Assembly (NCBI GenBank): GCA_030324005.1
Contig: JARDVH010000106.1
Span: 40,954,640 to 41,018,639 of the forward strand
Reading direction: 5' to 3'
Length of the DNA: 64,000 bases
DNA from: Negaprion brevirostris
Taxonomy: Eukaryota
Positions within the stretch are counted from its first letter, which is position 1, and the number at the start of each line of letters is the position of its first letter. The notes under the pieces were generated by a model. That model saw only the letters and a list, made by a program, of their open reading frames with translations, made no database searches and had not been told where the DNA came from. Below are positions 12,588 through 25,400 of the stretch, piece after piece. The position numbers and the translations under genes are program-made.

Positions 12588-15004
12588 CCTATAATGAACT
12601 GGTGTGTGACGATGTGGTGGTTGACATGGCCTTACTTGGAAAGTTCCAGTGATTAAAATAAAATTCACAGCAGTGGTTGCTTCAATTATTATTATTCTCA
12701 TTCAAGTGAGCTGTAAATCTTCAGTCAGCCGCTGGCATAACTCCTTCAACATCCTTGCGGGAGAAACCCATAACACTGTTAATCAAAGCATGTAGTGTTC
12801 TAAGTCTTCAAACTCTAAATAAATGAGTAGCAACACATTGGAAACACAGAGCTTCTACAATACTTCACTCCAAATGAGTCTCTTCCATTTCCTTGTCCTC
12901 TCTTTAGAATGCAAAGAGAGAAATTCCTTTTGTGAAATCTATTGCTTCCATTCAAAAATAAATAGCATTCACCAGTATTCAGTGTAGGGAAAATGTGTAG
13001 AATATCAATAGGGCAATAAATAGCACAAATCAATGTGCAGGCAAGTTGGCCTCAGTATTATGTACACTTCATACTGCCACCTATATACAGTGGCAGCCTT
13101 CTTTGATCTTGTGTTTGGAGGCAGTGATTGAGGGAAATAGGGCATGGACCTTTGACAAGTTTACCTGTTCCTATTTACATCGGATGGAACAGGCTCCAGG
13201 CAGCTCGGAGTGAGGATCATTCTGACACCATCTTTTTTTTGAGGTGGTATGTAGCAAGTATGCTATTATACTCCATTTAACTTATTCTAGTACATGTCTG
13301 ATAATCAAACTTGACTCCTCAATGAATGCCACAGTAGCCATTCGTGGAACCAATCTCTGCACAGAAAAAAATGCCACTTGCCCCTGCTATTCAAGTTTAC
13401 AGGTTGTTAAATGGACTCCTTAACCGGGCTTTCAAAACACTTGTATCAAAGTAACGAATGAGTATCCCTGGGAGTGCATTTTATTTATATTTTATTGAAC
13501 ATCCTGAAGTCAAGGTAATTAAGAAAGTAAACTCAGGTTACAGTATCCAATGAGTTTATCTTGTGAGCAATGTTAGGTGAGGATAATTGCTGCCATTTTA
13601 TAATGGCTCACAAATGAAGAATAATCTCTGGTGAGGGAGAACAAGGTAGAGGATTGAGCAACACATGTGGTGCTGTAGTCCAAAATGCTAATGGATGAAG
13701 AGAAAGGGTGAAGGAAAAAAAAAACTACATCAAAGCCTGGGGACTAGAACACTGAAGAATCTTCATGGTGATGAGCACTAGCAGGCATTTTCATTCTTTT
13801 CCATTGGGCTTTTATTTGAATCTGCAATTTGTGAAAGATTGATCCCATCTCCATCGGGTCAATCTCAAAGGCATGCAATCTTTCATGAAATAATTTAGTT
13901 TAGTTTAGTACCAACCAGTAGTTCTGCAGTGATAATGAGATGCGGTTATCACTGGGGCAATTCTGCTCCACCTTTTGCTCCACCAGGATCAGTAAACAAG
14001 TCCGCGAGTGGAAATTATTCCAGCATTATAAAAGCAGTGTCCTAGTTGATCAGAAATAACATATTTAGCCAGAACAAAAATAGAAAAGTCTAGTTAGCTA
14101 GGAGAAAGCAAGCAAGAAATAATTCTCATAGTAGATGAGATAATTGCCAAGGANNNNNNNNNNACATCCTGGAGGAGTCACTCAAACTGCCAGTATTCAG
14201 AAGAACTTGACATGAGGCGAGGATATATCTAATGGATATGAAGATGACAAGAAGGGCCAAGAATTTTTTTCATCCACCAAGGTAAAAGAAACAACACTTG
14301 GTGTTAACCATTGTCTTCCTCTCTCTACACTTACTTCCTGACCCACTGAGTGTTTGCAGCATTTTAAGAATGGAGATTCTGAGGAGGCCGGTTGGCGGGC
14401 ATCACTCAGCAACCTAATATGTTATGTTTCCACATCTATGTACCAAGTGTGAAATGTCAGATAACATCAAATAAATATTGGCAATGAAAAGGTTATGCCA
14501 GGGTGTTGTGACGGATGAAAGGTTTTGTTTCGCGTCATACCCTAAAATATTTTTGTAACTCATAATTTCACAGGAACCTTTAGCAGGTCAATTCATTTTA
14601 AATAACCTTTTAGAGCTGCACTCTAAAGAGCTCTTTGTCTTAGAGATTGATGGTAAAGTAACAGATGCCATTGCCCGAGATTAATTGGAGGTCCAGGGTC
14701 AGAAGGGGACTTTCCTCTGGTTGTATAGGTAGTGTCTCAAAACCAGCAACCGCAGGACTGAGTCTGTGCTGAAATTCAGATCACATCAGTTTTTGGGTGG
14801 GATTGTTTTGCCGGGTCAAGTTTCCCTCCTTGGAATGTGGGAAAAGACAGGTCCACATTAACCAGTTGCATTCCACCACACCAATGTAGCACCTAGCCAA
14901 TAAGTTATTTGACTCGTTAATAATAATTAAAATTCATGCACAGCAACTTAAAGAAATATCTGTTTATGGTCACAGCCAGTTTTCAGTTGAATTGAGGTAA
15001 TTAT

Positions 15005-15129
15005 GAGTGGGATTTTCTAGCCGCACTCGCCCCAAGGCAGGAAAGTCTTGTCCAAAGTCATCGAGTCTTGCATGGTCTGCCCCCGCCCGCTACGATTCCT
15101 GTGGCGGGCAGGACATGAAAATTCCACCC
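15005..15129. mobile_element. Short non-autonomous TIR element (Harbinger-type MITE)
   Basis: TIRs gagtgggattttc / gaaaattccaccc (11/13); reverse-complement homolog at 56621..56746. Superfamily assignment is inference. Confidence 0.7.
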
Positions 15130-15147
15130 CATAACTCCACTATTAAG

Positions 15148-15610
15148 AAAGGAACGTGCATTTATATAGCACCCTTCATAACCAATGAACATCCCAAAGT
15201 GTTTTACAGCTATTGAAATATTTTTAACGTGTGGTCACTCTTATTTAGGAAATGTAGCAGTCGATTCACACATAGCAAACTCCCACAATCAGCAACGTGA
15301 TGATGACCAGATAATCTCTTTTTTGTGATACTGATTGAAGGACAATTATTGACCAAGACCCCAGGGATAACTCCCCTGTTCTTCTTCAAGGTAGTGCCCA
15401 GGGTTCTTCTATACCTAGCTGAGCAGGCAGGCAGATCCAGCATTTAACATCTTATCCAAGAGACAGCACTTTTAACAGTGCATGCACTCCCTCATAACTG
15501 CACTGAGGTGTCAGTCTAGATTGTTCTACCCCAGTTTTGGACTGGGACTCAAATCAATATTTGTAGACAAGAGACGAGACAAAACTGCTCCCAACTGAGC
15601 CGTGGTTGAT
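15148..15610 (-). mobile_element. DeuSINE (SacSINE1-like), near full length
   Basis: Deu-domain-like ctcccctgttcttcttcaa...tttaacatcttatccaagagacagcact...cactccctcataactgcactg; L2-like tail tgcatttatatagcacc; tRNA-like head end ccaactgagcc. Confidence 0.82.
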
Positions 15611-16462
15611 ACGGCTATAGACAATTTACTAGTGTCACTGGCCCCCTTCACCTAAAGAAACCTCCCGAAAAATGTGAAATTTCAAAAGGCCTTCATTCAG
15701 ATTGACCTTGGAAAGATCGCTCAGACAGCACAAGAGTGGTTGTCCACATCCTCTTTTATTAAAGTGTCAGAAATAATTAGTATAATTACTGGCCAACTGA
15801 AGAACCAAGCTGAGATTTCTTCAAAGAAGCTGACTTGCACTACAAAGATGTGATTGGTATGTCTGGGTAGCAGCGCGAGGATGTTTGGTTCACTCAGTTT
15901 AACCTTTCATCTTCCACATCAAGGCATTCAGAGACGACACCATAGATACGGATATTCTCCACTTAATCATCAAAAACCTCAGCTCAAAGCACTCATAATT
16001 TTGGTTGCAGCAGGGATGAGTATACTGTGGGCACTCAATACAAGTTGCATTGTATAACCCAGCAGTACATTATTTTATTGTTAACGGCATAGCTTTTCAT
16101 AGTCAAACATTCATTGACTCTGGCTAATCAATAATGGCTACATAATTCTAACCTTAGGCAAGTTTGTTTAAAAATTGACAAGTGTAAAATAGGATTCACT
16201 TAGCCTTCAACATGTAGACATCTTATTTATTGCTATAGTTGACAATGCAGAGCATTGCTAGTGGCTTTTATAATGCCTATACATGAATGTTTAAACTCCA
16301 ATGCCAATATAAGGAAGGTCAAGTGGCATCTATTTTTAAATGATTAATATTTATGTTGAAGTGGTAACTTAAAAGCAACCAACAGTGCCCCCCCCATTTC
16401 TGCCTGAGATTCAAGTCCGTTGATTGTTGGGCTTCTCCTATGCAAGGTCAATCCTCCTGCCA

Positions 16463-16678
16463 GGGGCGTCATGGTGGCACGGTGGTTACTGCTGCTGCCT
16501 CGCAGCTCCGGGGGCCCAGGTTCGATTCCTGGCATGGGTGTCTATCTTTGTGGAGTTTGTGTGTTCTTCCTGCGCCTGTGTGGGTTTCCTCTGGGTGCTC
16601 CATTTTCCATTTGTGGTCGGTGCAAACTTGATGGGCTGAATGGCCTCCTCCTGCACTGTAGGGTTCTATCATTCTATA
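16463..16678 (+). mobile_element. V-SINE, internally deleted
   Basis: A/B boxes and tgggtttcctctgggtgctcc joined directly to the 3' tail gggctgaatggcctcctcctgcactgtag. Confidence 0.88.
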
Positions 16679-16862
16679 GAAGGATAAAATGGCCAGTAGT
16701 AGTCACAGTACCAATACTTGAAATGGTTGCAAAACCAACTGTCATTTATTGAGTCATCAACCTTATTCCTATTTCTATGTAAAACTGCACAGATCATTTG
16801 TCAGGAGTAAATTTCAGTGGCATTTGTACAATGATCATGTAGTAACTATCAGTGAAGATCCT

Positions 16863-17290
16863 AGGGGTGATTTTCCAGCCCGGGGGTCCCGGTGAAAATC
16901 ACGTCATGGCAGCAGAATCCATGTGATGGGCCAAATGTGATGGGCCAAATGTGATTTGCACCAACAAGAACTCTTTTTGAAATCCCCTCAGTCACTAACA
17001 CCTCTTTGCTGGCGGGAATCTCCCCAAGTTCTGAAAAATGACGAAGGGCAGGAATCTCTGGTCTTGTCCATAGCTGCTCCGCTGCTAGCGGGAATGGAGA
17101 AACTGGCACTCAGCCAAAGCTCCATTCATTGCAGCAGCATCGAAGAATCCCGGCCATAGATGAGTTCTGAGGTTTTCGGCCTATGTATGGGCAAATTGCA
17201 ATCTGGATTGCACTGACTCATCCACTGAAATTCTCACCGCTTTTCCCACCAGAGATGACATTCAGCCACGTTTTGGGGAATCCCGCCCCT
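16863..17290. mobile_element. Cluster of Harbinger-type MITEs (inner element ~17046..17156 nested in an outer one)
   Basis: Outer ends ggggtgattttcc / gggaatcccgccc; inner ends gggcaggaatctc / gaagaatcccggcc. Confidence 0.6.
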
Positions 17291-18445
17291 TGTCTGATAA
17301 ACTCGCTAGTCTCTTTGAAGAAATGATAACTCAATTTAGTTATTATAAGCCCTGTGATATGGTGCATCTTGAGTTTCAAAAAACGTGGTATAAAACTTCC
17401 ACTTACAAAGATATCAATTAACCTAAAGCTGTGGAGATCAGAGTAAACCTTGGAAGTGGATAAGAAATTGCTTAAAGGTTAAGGAGTGATGGTAGTGAAT
17501 TTTCAGGAAATGCTCAGAGACTGAAACTATAACCTCATTACTATGCAGCTGGAAACCCCATTTTCAGCTGTAAAAGAGTTTCTACAGTTGCCTTCAGCAA
17601 AGTTCTTGGACAGAGTTTTCCTGTCCAGCCCGCAACGGGGATTGTAGCTGTTGGGACATGGACGATGAAAAAGGTCGTACGCCCTGTTGCAAATCACGCC
17701 ATGGCAGGAGAATCCATGAAATAGGCCTGATGTGATTTGCACCAGCAAGAACTCTTTTTGAAATCCCCTCAGCCACTAACACCTTTTTGCTGGCGGAAAT
17801 CTCCCCAGCCTCTGATTTTCTGATCTTGGGCTGAGTGCGTCCAGAAAATCCCGCCCATAGTGTTGAAGAGGGGGAAGCCCCATGGAAATTTCCAGTCAAT
17901 GAATACTCATTAGAGGAGTTATGTTAGAGTTGCTGGAAGTACAAGTGGAGTCCCCCAGGACTGAAACCTCCACCATTCTAATCTATATAAACTTGGATCA
18001 GAAATTTCACAGTAAAGTGATCAAATTTACTAAAAAGTACATGACGAGACAGGGCTGTGGTAAGGTCACTCAGAAAGGTGGACAAAATAACAAAACTAGC
18101 AAAACAAAGGCAAATTAAATTTAATGTAAACAAATGCAAACTGATGCACGCAGGGGAAAAAAAAGCCTGTGCAAATAATGTTTGGAAGACCCAAGGTCGG
18201 AGCCAACACAGATCTCAGAGTTTTAACAGACTGAGTTTGGGGAACAGATGTGGTAAATAGAAATACATTTTCTACTGAATGGTGATTCTAAGATTAGGGG
18301 TATTTTGTAAATGTCAGGGTCAGACTGTTCAGAGATGAAATGAGAAGCTCTTCAACACCCCAAGAGTGTTTCCAGTTTGGAACCTGCTTCTAGATCTAGT
18401 AAGTTTTAAATGGTAACTTTTAAATCTGATTTAGACATAACTTCA
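17291..18445 (+). mobile_element. Old CR1 RT fragment, interrupted by a MITE
   Basis: Degenerate DMVHLEFQK, SGVP, ILIYINLD...SKVIKF, QIKFNVNKCKLMHAG, corresponding to CR1 motifs D.VYLDFQK / SGVPQG / IYINDLD / W.M.FN..KCKV.H.G. Confidence 0.7.
17608..17856. mobile_element. Harbinger-type MITE carrying a ~125-bp insert
   Basis: Ends ggacagagttttcc / agaaaatcccgccc; both arms match 56621..56746, while 17691..17815 matches 16896..17034. Confidence 0.65.
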
Positions 18446-19334
18446 CTGANNNNNNNNNNNNNNNNNNNNNNNNNNNNNNNNNNNNNNNNNNNNNNNNNNN
18501 NNNNNNNNNNNNNNNNNNNNNNNNNNNNNNNNNNNNNNNNNNNNNNNNNNNNNNNNNNNNNNNNNNNNNNNNNNNNNNNNNNNNNNNNNNNNNNNNNNNN
18601 NNNNNNNNNNNNNNNNAGCTATGATAAAAGACTAGGTCTATTAAAATTAGACACACTCGAGAATAGCCAATTTTTATAAAACCCAAGGTTACAGGCAGAG
18701 GTGCAGGTTGAAGTAAAGTACCTTCAGGATTGATAAATAAATTATTTTTTATATAGCTAATGATCAACATGTTGATTAAAGGTTCAGAAAGAGAGATCGA
18801 GGTTAAAAAAGACATTGAACCATAAAAACAATACACATCGGGGATGGGACGGCTGCTGCTGGTGTTTTGATTTATCTGGATGGATAAGTCAAGTTGGATG
18901 AAATCCATAATTATATGATATGCAAATGACAATATGAAATCCAATTATAAAATAGATAGAAAAAGAACTAGGCAAAGTAGACACTAGGTGGTGCAATAGG
19001 TTAGTACAATGTCCTTTCACCTCTGGACCCTGGGTTTAGAATCTCGCGTCAGATGATAAGTTTAGTTTGAGCAACTTTTTCCAACTGTTTTTCATAGAGA
19101 GCAGTCCAGAGGATAAACTTCCCACAAGTTAATAACTTGTTCCAAGGTACAAGAAAGCTATATTCTGCATGTGACCCTCATGTGACCTTGTCCAGACCAA
19201 AGGTAGAAATGTTTTTCGCTCAGAGTAGATTCAGTGCATTGATATTTTGGAACACTAATATGTAATGTGGAGTCATGCTGGAACTCCTGGAGCGCTGAAT
19301 TACAGATTTCAACTGCAGTACAAAGTGAAAGTGT

Positions 19335-19490
19335 TATCCATGGCAAAGATCCAGCTGCTGATGCTATATTATCTGAACATACTCCTGCAGCATCTGTACA
19401 CATTTCTTAGTCTCTGCTGGGATGAAGGGGCAGTGCCACAGGTTATGCATCATGCGACGATTGTGACCCTCTATAGGAACAAGGAATGCT
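19335..19490 (+). mobile_element. RTE-clade LINE fragment
   Basis: GKDPAADAILSE...LLQHLYTFLSLCWDEGAVPQVMHHATIVTLYRNK resembles RTE GKAPG.D.IP.E...CW.EG.VPQD.RDA.IVTLYKNKG. Confidence 0.7.
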
Positions 19491-19519
19491 AAGGCATCCC
19501 TCTGCTATACATAGTGGGA

Positions 19520-21077
19520 AAGTATTTGCCCTTGATCCCCAGTGAATTATGTCTCCGTTATAGATCCCTAAATTTCCTCTCATCAGCTCTCAACACCATC
19601 AAATCAGGAGGCCTTCAGAGATTCATCCTTGTCCCTCTCCTCGTACTCACTTACATTTTGTCCCTTGAAAATATCATTCTTTTAAAATTCATTCAAGGGA
19701 TGGGATGTAGGGAGGGAATTCCAGGATTTTGACCCAGTGACTGCAAAAGAATGGCAATATATTTCCAAGTCAGGATGGTGATGGCTTGCAAGGGAATTTC
19801 CAGATGGTTGTGTTCCCAGGCAACTGCTGCTCTTGTTCTTCTTGATGGTAGTCATTGTGGGTTTGAAAAGTTCTGTCCAATAAGCCATGTTGAGTTCCTG
19901 CAGTGCATCTTATAAATGGTACTCACGGCTGCTACTGTGTGTAGGAGACAGTGAATGTTTCTTGATGGGATGTCAATTATCCTGGATGGTATGAAACTTC
20001 TTGACATGTTGGAGCTGCACTCATTCAAGCAAGGGAAGACTATTCCATTAAACTCCTTGTTGATGGTGGACAGGCTTTGGAAGTCAGGAGGTGAGTTGTT
20101 TGCTGCAGAATTTCCCAGTCTTTGACCTTCTCTTGTAGCCTCAGTATTTATATGGCTGGTCCAGTTTAGTTTCTGCTCAATGGTAACACCCAGTATGGGA
20201 TTCAGTGATGGTAATGCCATTGAATGTTAAGGAACAATGGTTAGATTCTCTCTTTGAGGAGATGATCATTGCCTGGCATTGAAGTGACTGGATCACCTTT
20301 ACTTACACCAATCAGGTCTACTCCTCTTCCATCTCCTTTGATCTTTTTACTGGCCTGTGAAGTCACACTTAGCTTAATATCCAAATGCAGAAGAGTGGAA
20401 TTTCTTTCAGCCAAACACAGATTTGAAGCTTTGGCACATGCGACAAACCTTGTATCCTCATAAACAATTCTGCTTTCCTTCCTGACTGCTGCTTCATCCT
20501 GGATTAGACTATTTGCAACCTTAGCATCCCATTTGACCCTGAACTGAACTTCAGTACCCACATTTTTTTCTTGACAAAACTTCAAATATTATTCAGACCA
20601 ACAGAAGAGCAGCTGCTGCTGAAATTTTTCTTCAAGCCATTGCCACCTCCAGAATCAATAGTCTTGATTTTCCTCTGCTGTCTTGCCCTTTAGAAACCCA
20701 TCTTCACTGCTCTGGCTTTATCAATCCCTCAGATTCAAAATTTTCAGCTTGGTGTTCACATCTATTTGTTGTCTAGGCCCTTCCTATTTTTATCACCTCC
20801 TCCAAATCTACAACACCCCTTCCCCAATACCCCTGTTACTGAAACTTTGGCTTTCCTATCTCAAAAACAGTGGTGGTGCCTTCAGCTAATGCAATTCCCT
20901 CCTAAAACAGCTCTCTTCTCCAACTCCTTTGCTTCCTTTAAGACCCCGCTTTAAAATGCATCTTTTTAACCAAGCTAGTGTAGTCTCTCCTTTGGATTGG
21001 TTCTCCCGGTGGCTCTGGGAAGCAACAGGGACATTTTCTATAATAAAATTGGTATATCAATGCATGTGGTTGTTATT
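19520..21077 (+). mobile_element. L2 LINE 3' portion, degenerate, interrupted by another LINE fragment
   Basis: SGGLQRFILVPLLVLTYILSLENII (SGVPQGS.LGP.LF..Y..PLG.II), LRFKIFSLVFTSICCLGPSY (FKIL.LVFK.LHGLAP.Y), FKTPL, and tail gggacattttcta...atgcatgtggttgtt. Confidence 0.65.
19690..20280 (-). mobile_element. CR1-group LINE ORF2 C-terminal fragment
   Basis: ILGVTIEQKLNWTSHINT..TR.GQRLG, QSLSTI, VAAVSTIYKMHC, GSKSWNSLP. Confidence 0.82.
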
Positions 21078-22310
21078 TAGTAACAATAAAAGAGCAGACA
21101 TTTTGAGTAATTCTCATCATCCTCCCCTGCCCCCAAACACTCCATAACTTAGGGGCATTGTACCAATTGTCACACCATTATCACTACCCAACAATGAGCT
21201 CACCAACACAACACACACCAGCAGGAAATGAACTGATATTTTCCCAATTATTACATTTCAGCTACACACCAACGTAACTAGTTGAACCATCACAGAAGAC
21301 CCCTAATCCTTCTGGAAAACCTGAAAGGCAAGGGAAATAAAAACACTTTAAAAAGTGCATACAATTCATATTTTCAAGTAGAATAATTGTCTTACACGTT
21401 TCAGAAACTATTCAATCACAATATTTTCCTAAAATTAGATACACAACAGAAGTATTATTAGTGATCCTACACAATTAAAAAAAAGATATGAATGGGGACA
21501 TGAGGAATTAATTTATGGAATCTGCAACAACTACTTTACTAATTAAATAATCAGCAACTCCAAAGAATCTAATTTATTTCTGACATTTTTCCTAAAGATC
21601 TGTTAACAGTCTGTGTTGTTTAAAGATCTCGTAATCTTCTGGCAAGTTTTTTCTTCTTGTCATTTTTCTTCTCTTCACTCTTTTCCAGCTGGGTATTCCT
21701 CATCTATAAAATTGGAAATGAGTTTCTGTGAGCTAGTCAATTGAATGAGGAGGGACAACTCCTCTTAATGCTGCCAGCATCCAATGTTACACATGCATAA
21801 TGCCAGCAAGGATGGCTGAAGAATAACTTCAAATGAGATTCTGGTTGTTATTTCTCTATCATTACCAAACTCTATGTAAGATTAGCTGATTAAGGATAAG
21901 ACAAGATTACAATTTCCAAACTGTACAGTTTAGTTCCTCAGTATACTGAATAAGTGACCAAAGGAGCCTTGGAATACCCTTTTCTGATGTGTTTGCCAAT
22001 CTTATACCAATATACATGCCCTTTAAAATGATTGTAAATGTACAACTACTCTTTAAAAACATTCACAGCATCGTCCTCAAGAATAACAAGTATTATTGTT
22101 ATTATTACTTTCCACAGTGCTGTGTTGAACATGAGATGGTCTGAGGTTCAATGTCTGGTCTGGATTGAAGTTATCAGATTTTGTGGCTGATATCACCCTG
22201 AATTTGGAATGGCCTGCTAATAATATTATTTCAACCCAAGTGCATAGAATGACTGTTTTGGTGAGGTACAGAAAGATCCAACATCTGTGAAACCAAACAC
22301 CCCCAGCATG

Positions 22311-22432
22311 AATCAGAAAATGCTGGAAAATCTCAGCAGGTCTGACAGCACCTGTGGAGAGAGAATAGAGTCAGTATTTCATGTCAGGACAACCCTTTGT
22401 CAGACTCCAGCATCCGCAGCATTTTGCTTTTA
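22311..22432 (-). mobile_element. Short Penelope-like element end (pLTR with inverted tip) and decayed hammerhead core
   Basis: Minus strand CTGACAAagggttgtcctgacatGAAAtactgactctattctctctccacaggtgctgtcagacctgctgagattttccagcattttctg; imperfect flanking direct repeats cccagcatgaatc / cctagcacaaatc. Confidence 0.7.
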
Positions 22433-25400
22433 CCCTAGCACAAATCTCCCACTCCAGGAGATAAAAGTGGCCATTTTGAAAAAATGAATGTGGAATAAAA
22501 CACAAAATTCGGAATTGAGGTCTACACCTCAAAGAAAACTTGTGCATGTTTTTGTACCACATACTGACTGAGCTTTTCTAGAAATTTCTGCCTTTTAGAT
22601 TCCCAGCAACTGCTTATCTTTGTTTTGGGGGTTAGGGGTGGGGCGGGGGGGCGGAAGTGGAGGTTATCTTTGCTTTACTCGTCTCTCCTTTCTATTCTCA
22701 TTCTACTGTATTGGACTTATTTCTACTTTCAGTTTATATTGATTTTCACACATGTTCTTTCATTGTCATTTCTAAACAGCAGAAACCTTGACTGATTTTT
22801 TTTCTCTACTCCTTAGTGTCCTGGATGCAGAAGGTTAATGAACTGAAAACTCAACACTGCTGCTGTGGAGCTGTTGCAAGAGTGAGGGGCAAGCTCAAAG
22901 CTGTAGGTTCAGATTTACGTCCATCTTGCCACAAGTAGGTTTTGCAGTTTGCCAGCTAATTTCATCTGTATTTGATTTTTCCTCCCTTTATTCCTCGTAT
23001 GCATTGACTTTCAGGGCAGGATAGTGAACCCTTCTCTCCCTTGTTGATCCATCTTAGTTTTGCATGGCAGGAGCTTTTCAACCTCAGTACAGACTTTGAG
23101 GGGCAGATGCAGTCCCAGACTCATCCTGGACATGAAAAGGTCAGCTTGATCCCAAATCCAGGAAACACAGTCTCTTGAACCTGGAATCCACCGCAATTTA
23201 AATTGTGTGGGGCAAAACCAGTGAGCAGACAGGGCAGCCAGTTTTGACACTGTGCAAGTGGTATAATACTGAGTAGGTGATGCCGGAATTGAAGGAAAGT
23301 AGTAATTGGCATGCGTGTCCTTTGGTATTCTCTGTATGTATTATTCATATCAAGACTTAGGATGTCGGGTCTGAAGATGGGCTAGACGCTGGAGTATTAG
23401 GGTGTTGAACTGACTGCTGGCAAGGGAGTGTGTGTATTTGAGGTCAAGGCTGTTGAGTTTACATGTCAGGCAGAGCTGTCAAGCTAACAAAAATATTGCA
23501 TGAAGTACATTTATCATAACGTGGAGTACTGATACCTTGGGTGTTAGCCGGGCCAGGCTCTGTTTCTCAAAACAGTATCGGTTGAGCTTTGCTTGAAACT
23601 AAACTAAACTAGTCAAGATTCAACTGGCATACTTTTAAAAAGCACAACATAACGCCTAACTGGCGTGGAGACAGCATTATACTTGTCGTTTTTTCCCCCT
23701 TTAAGGATGTCAAAGCTCCAGGGCTATTACTGCTTTTTAGTGGCTCTTCATTTTGTCATCTGTTACATTATTTTTTTTCCCTACACAGACCATTGCAGAC
23801 GTGTTGTGTAAATGGAATTGGTTATCCAGCTGAAACAAAACATCATGGCTTTCCTGCCTGAAATTTCAATGCCACGCTCGTTTCTGACAGCTACTGTGGT
23901 TTCATTTCCAAAACCCGACCAACTATTCTTTTGATGGTTGCACTGTACTTTCATTTATATGCACATCTTCAGTAATGTACCTGATGTGAAAATTGAAATT
24001 TTTTCAGAGTAATACTCGAGGGAGTTAAGTGTACAGTAACTGTGATCTCCGTAACATTGCTTTATTTCATTTTACGGGTCTCACCAGAGACAGACAGCAG
24101 ATGGAACCACAAAGGGTTGCTTAACGATTGCAGCCTTTGATATGCAAATCTTTGTTGTCGGAGGATTTTAAATAAACTGACCACTGCATAATGAAAGTAG
24201 ATTGTCATCAAAACTGGAGAAAACAGTACTTTTTCCAGGTACTTCATGAACTTAGAAGTGACACAGAATGGCTTTATATGTCCCAAAGAAGATAGTAAAA
24301 TATCAAAGAGCTAGCGTAATCATCAACCTCAATTCTGAAAGGCAGACATAGCACACTTCTTCTTCCTCTTTCTCCCACTGCTACAGGGGTTCACCCTTCT
24401 CCATCTCCTTTCATATCAACCATCATTTGGATTTAGCAGACTATTTTTTTTACAGCTGGGTAGATAGATACCGATTCCCTTCATGCTGTTGCAAACCTTC
24501 CCTATTTATCTCGGCTGGGAACTGGCACCAATCCACACTGGCTTGCCTGCACCAGCCACAACAACATGGCATTCACAAATAGCTATTCAGAACTAAAAAC
24601 AAGACTAGAATCCCATTACTTAAAATGCATTACTTACTAGCCAACCCTAGCATCCCTCAAGTAAACATTATTTGTAAACACTTAGTGGGCTGCAGGCTGA
24701 ATTAAATCTTGAAGCAAAGGGGAACATAATACCTAGGATATCTCAGTGCAGAAGAAAACAGGAAGATGATCTTGACAAGGAAATCAACACCAAAGGAATT
24801 TAAGAATGTTAGAGTTGGAATGGGATTAAGGATTTAGCACCCATAGACCAGATCTGTTAGGGCTAGATATCGATTGATAGATGGTGAGGTTGTTGGTTTT
24901 AAATGTTCTAGAGGGCAGAAATTAATCTTAGGAAGGTTTCATAGAAAATAGTTACTTTAACATCCACTTACAAACTTTCAATAAATTGAACACATAATAC
25001 AAAGAACCATTTTCTCCATCACTAGTAATTAATATCACCATGACATTATGTCTTTTGGCCTTAAGCACTATTTTACTAATTTTGCAACAAATAAAAAACA
25101 AAGCCAAATTAAACTTTTTGCTGCATGTTCATTTTATCATAACATCAAGGTAAAGTGACAAATAGCCAGGATTTCCTTTAGCACTGTGACCATTTTATTG
25201 CTGTATTCACCAGAACTGGGAACCACATACTTTAGAAACGCATTTCTCTAGAAAAACACTGTAGAAATGAAGTGTGTGGTTTCACCAGAACTGAGACAAA
25301 TTCTGAGCGAGGCAGGAAAGTAGGAGCATCTCTGAAGGACCATTTGGCTTTAGTCAATTATGTTTAAATGATAAAATGTAAAACATTACGATCAAGAAAT

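Noticed and set aside
23770-23920. Strong plus-strand splice-acceptor-like site (ttttttttccctacacAG)
   Set aside because: All three frames stop within about 25 codons and no clear donor follows; no support for a nested coding gene, though a non-coding exon cannot be excluded.
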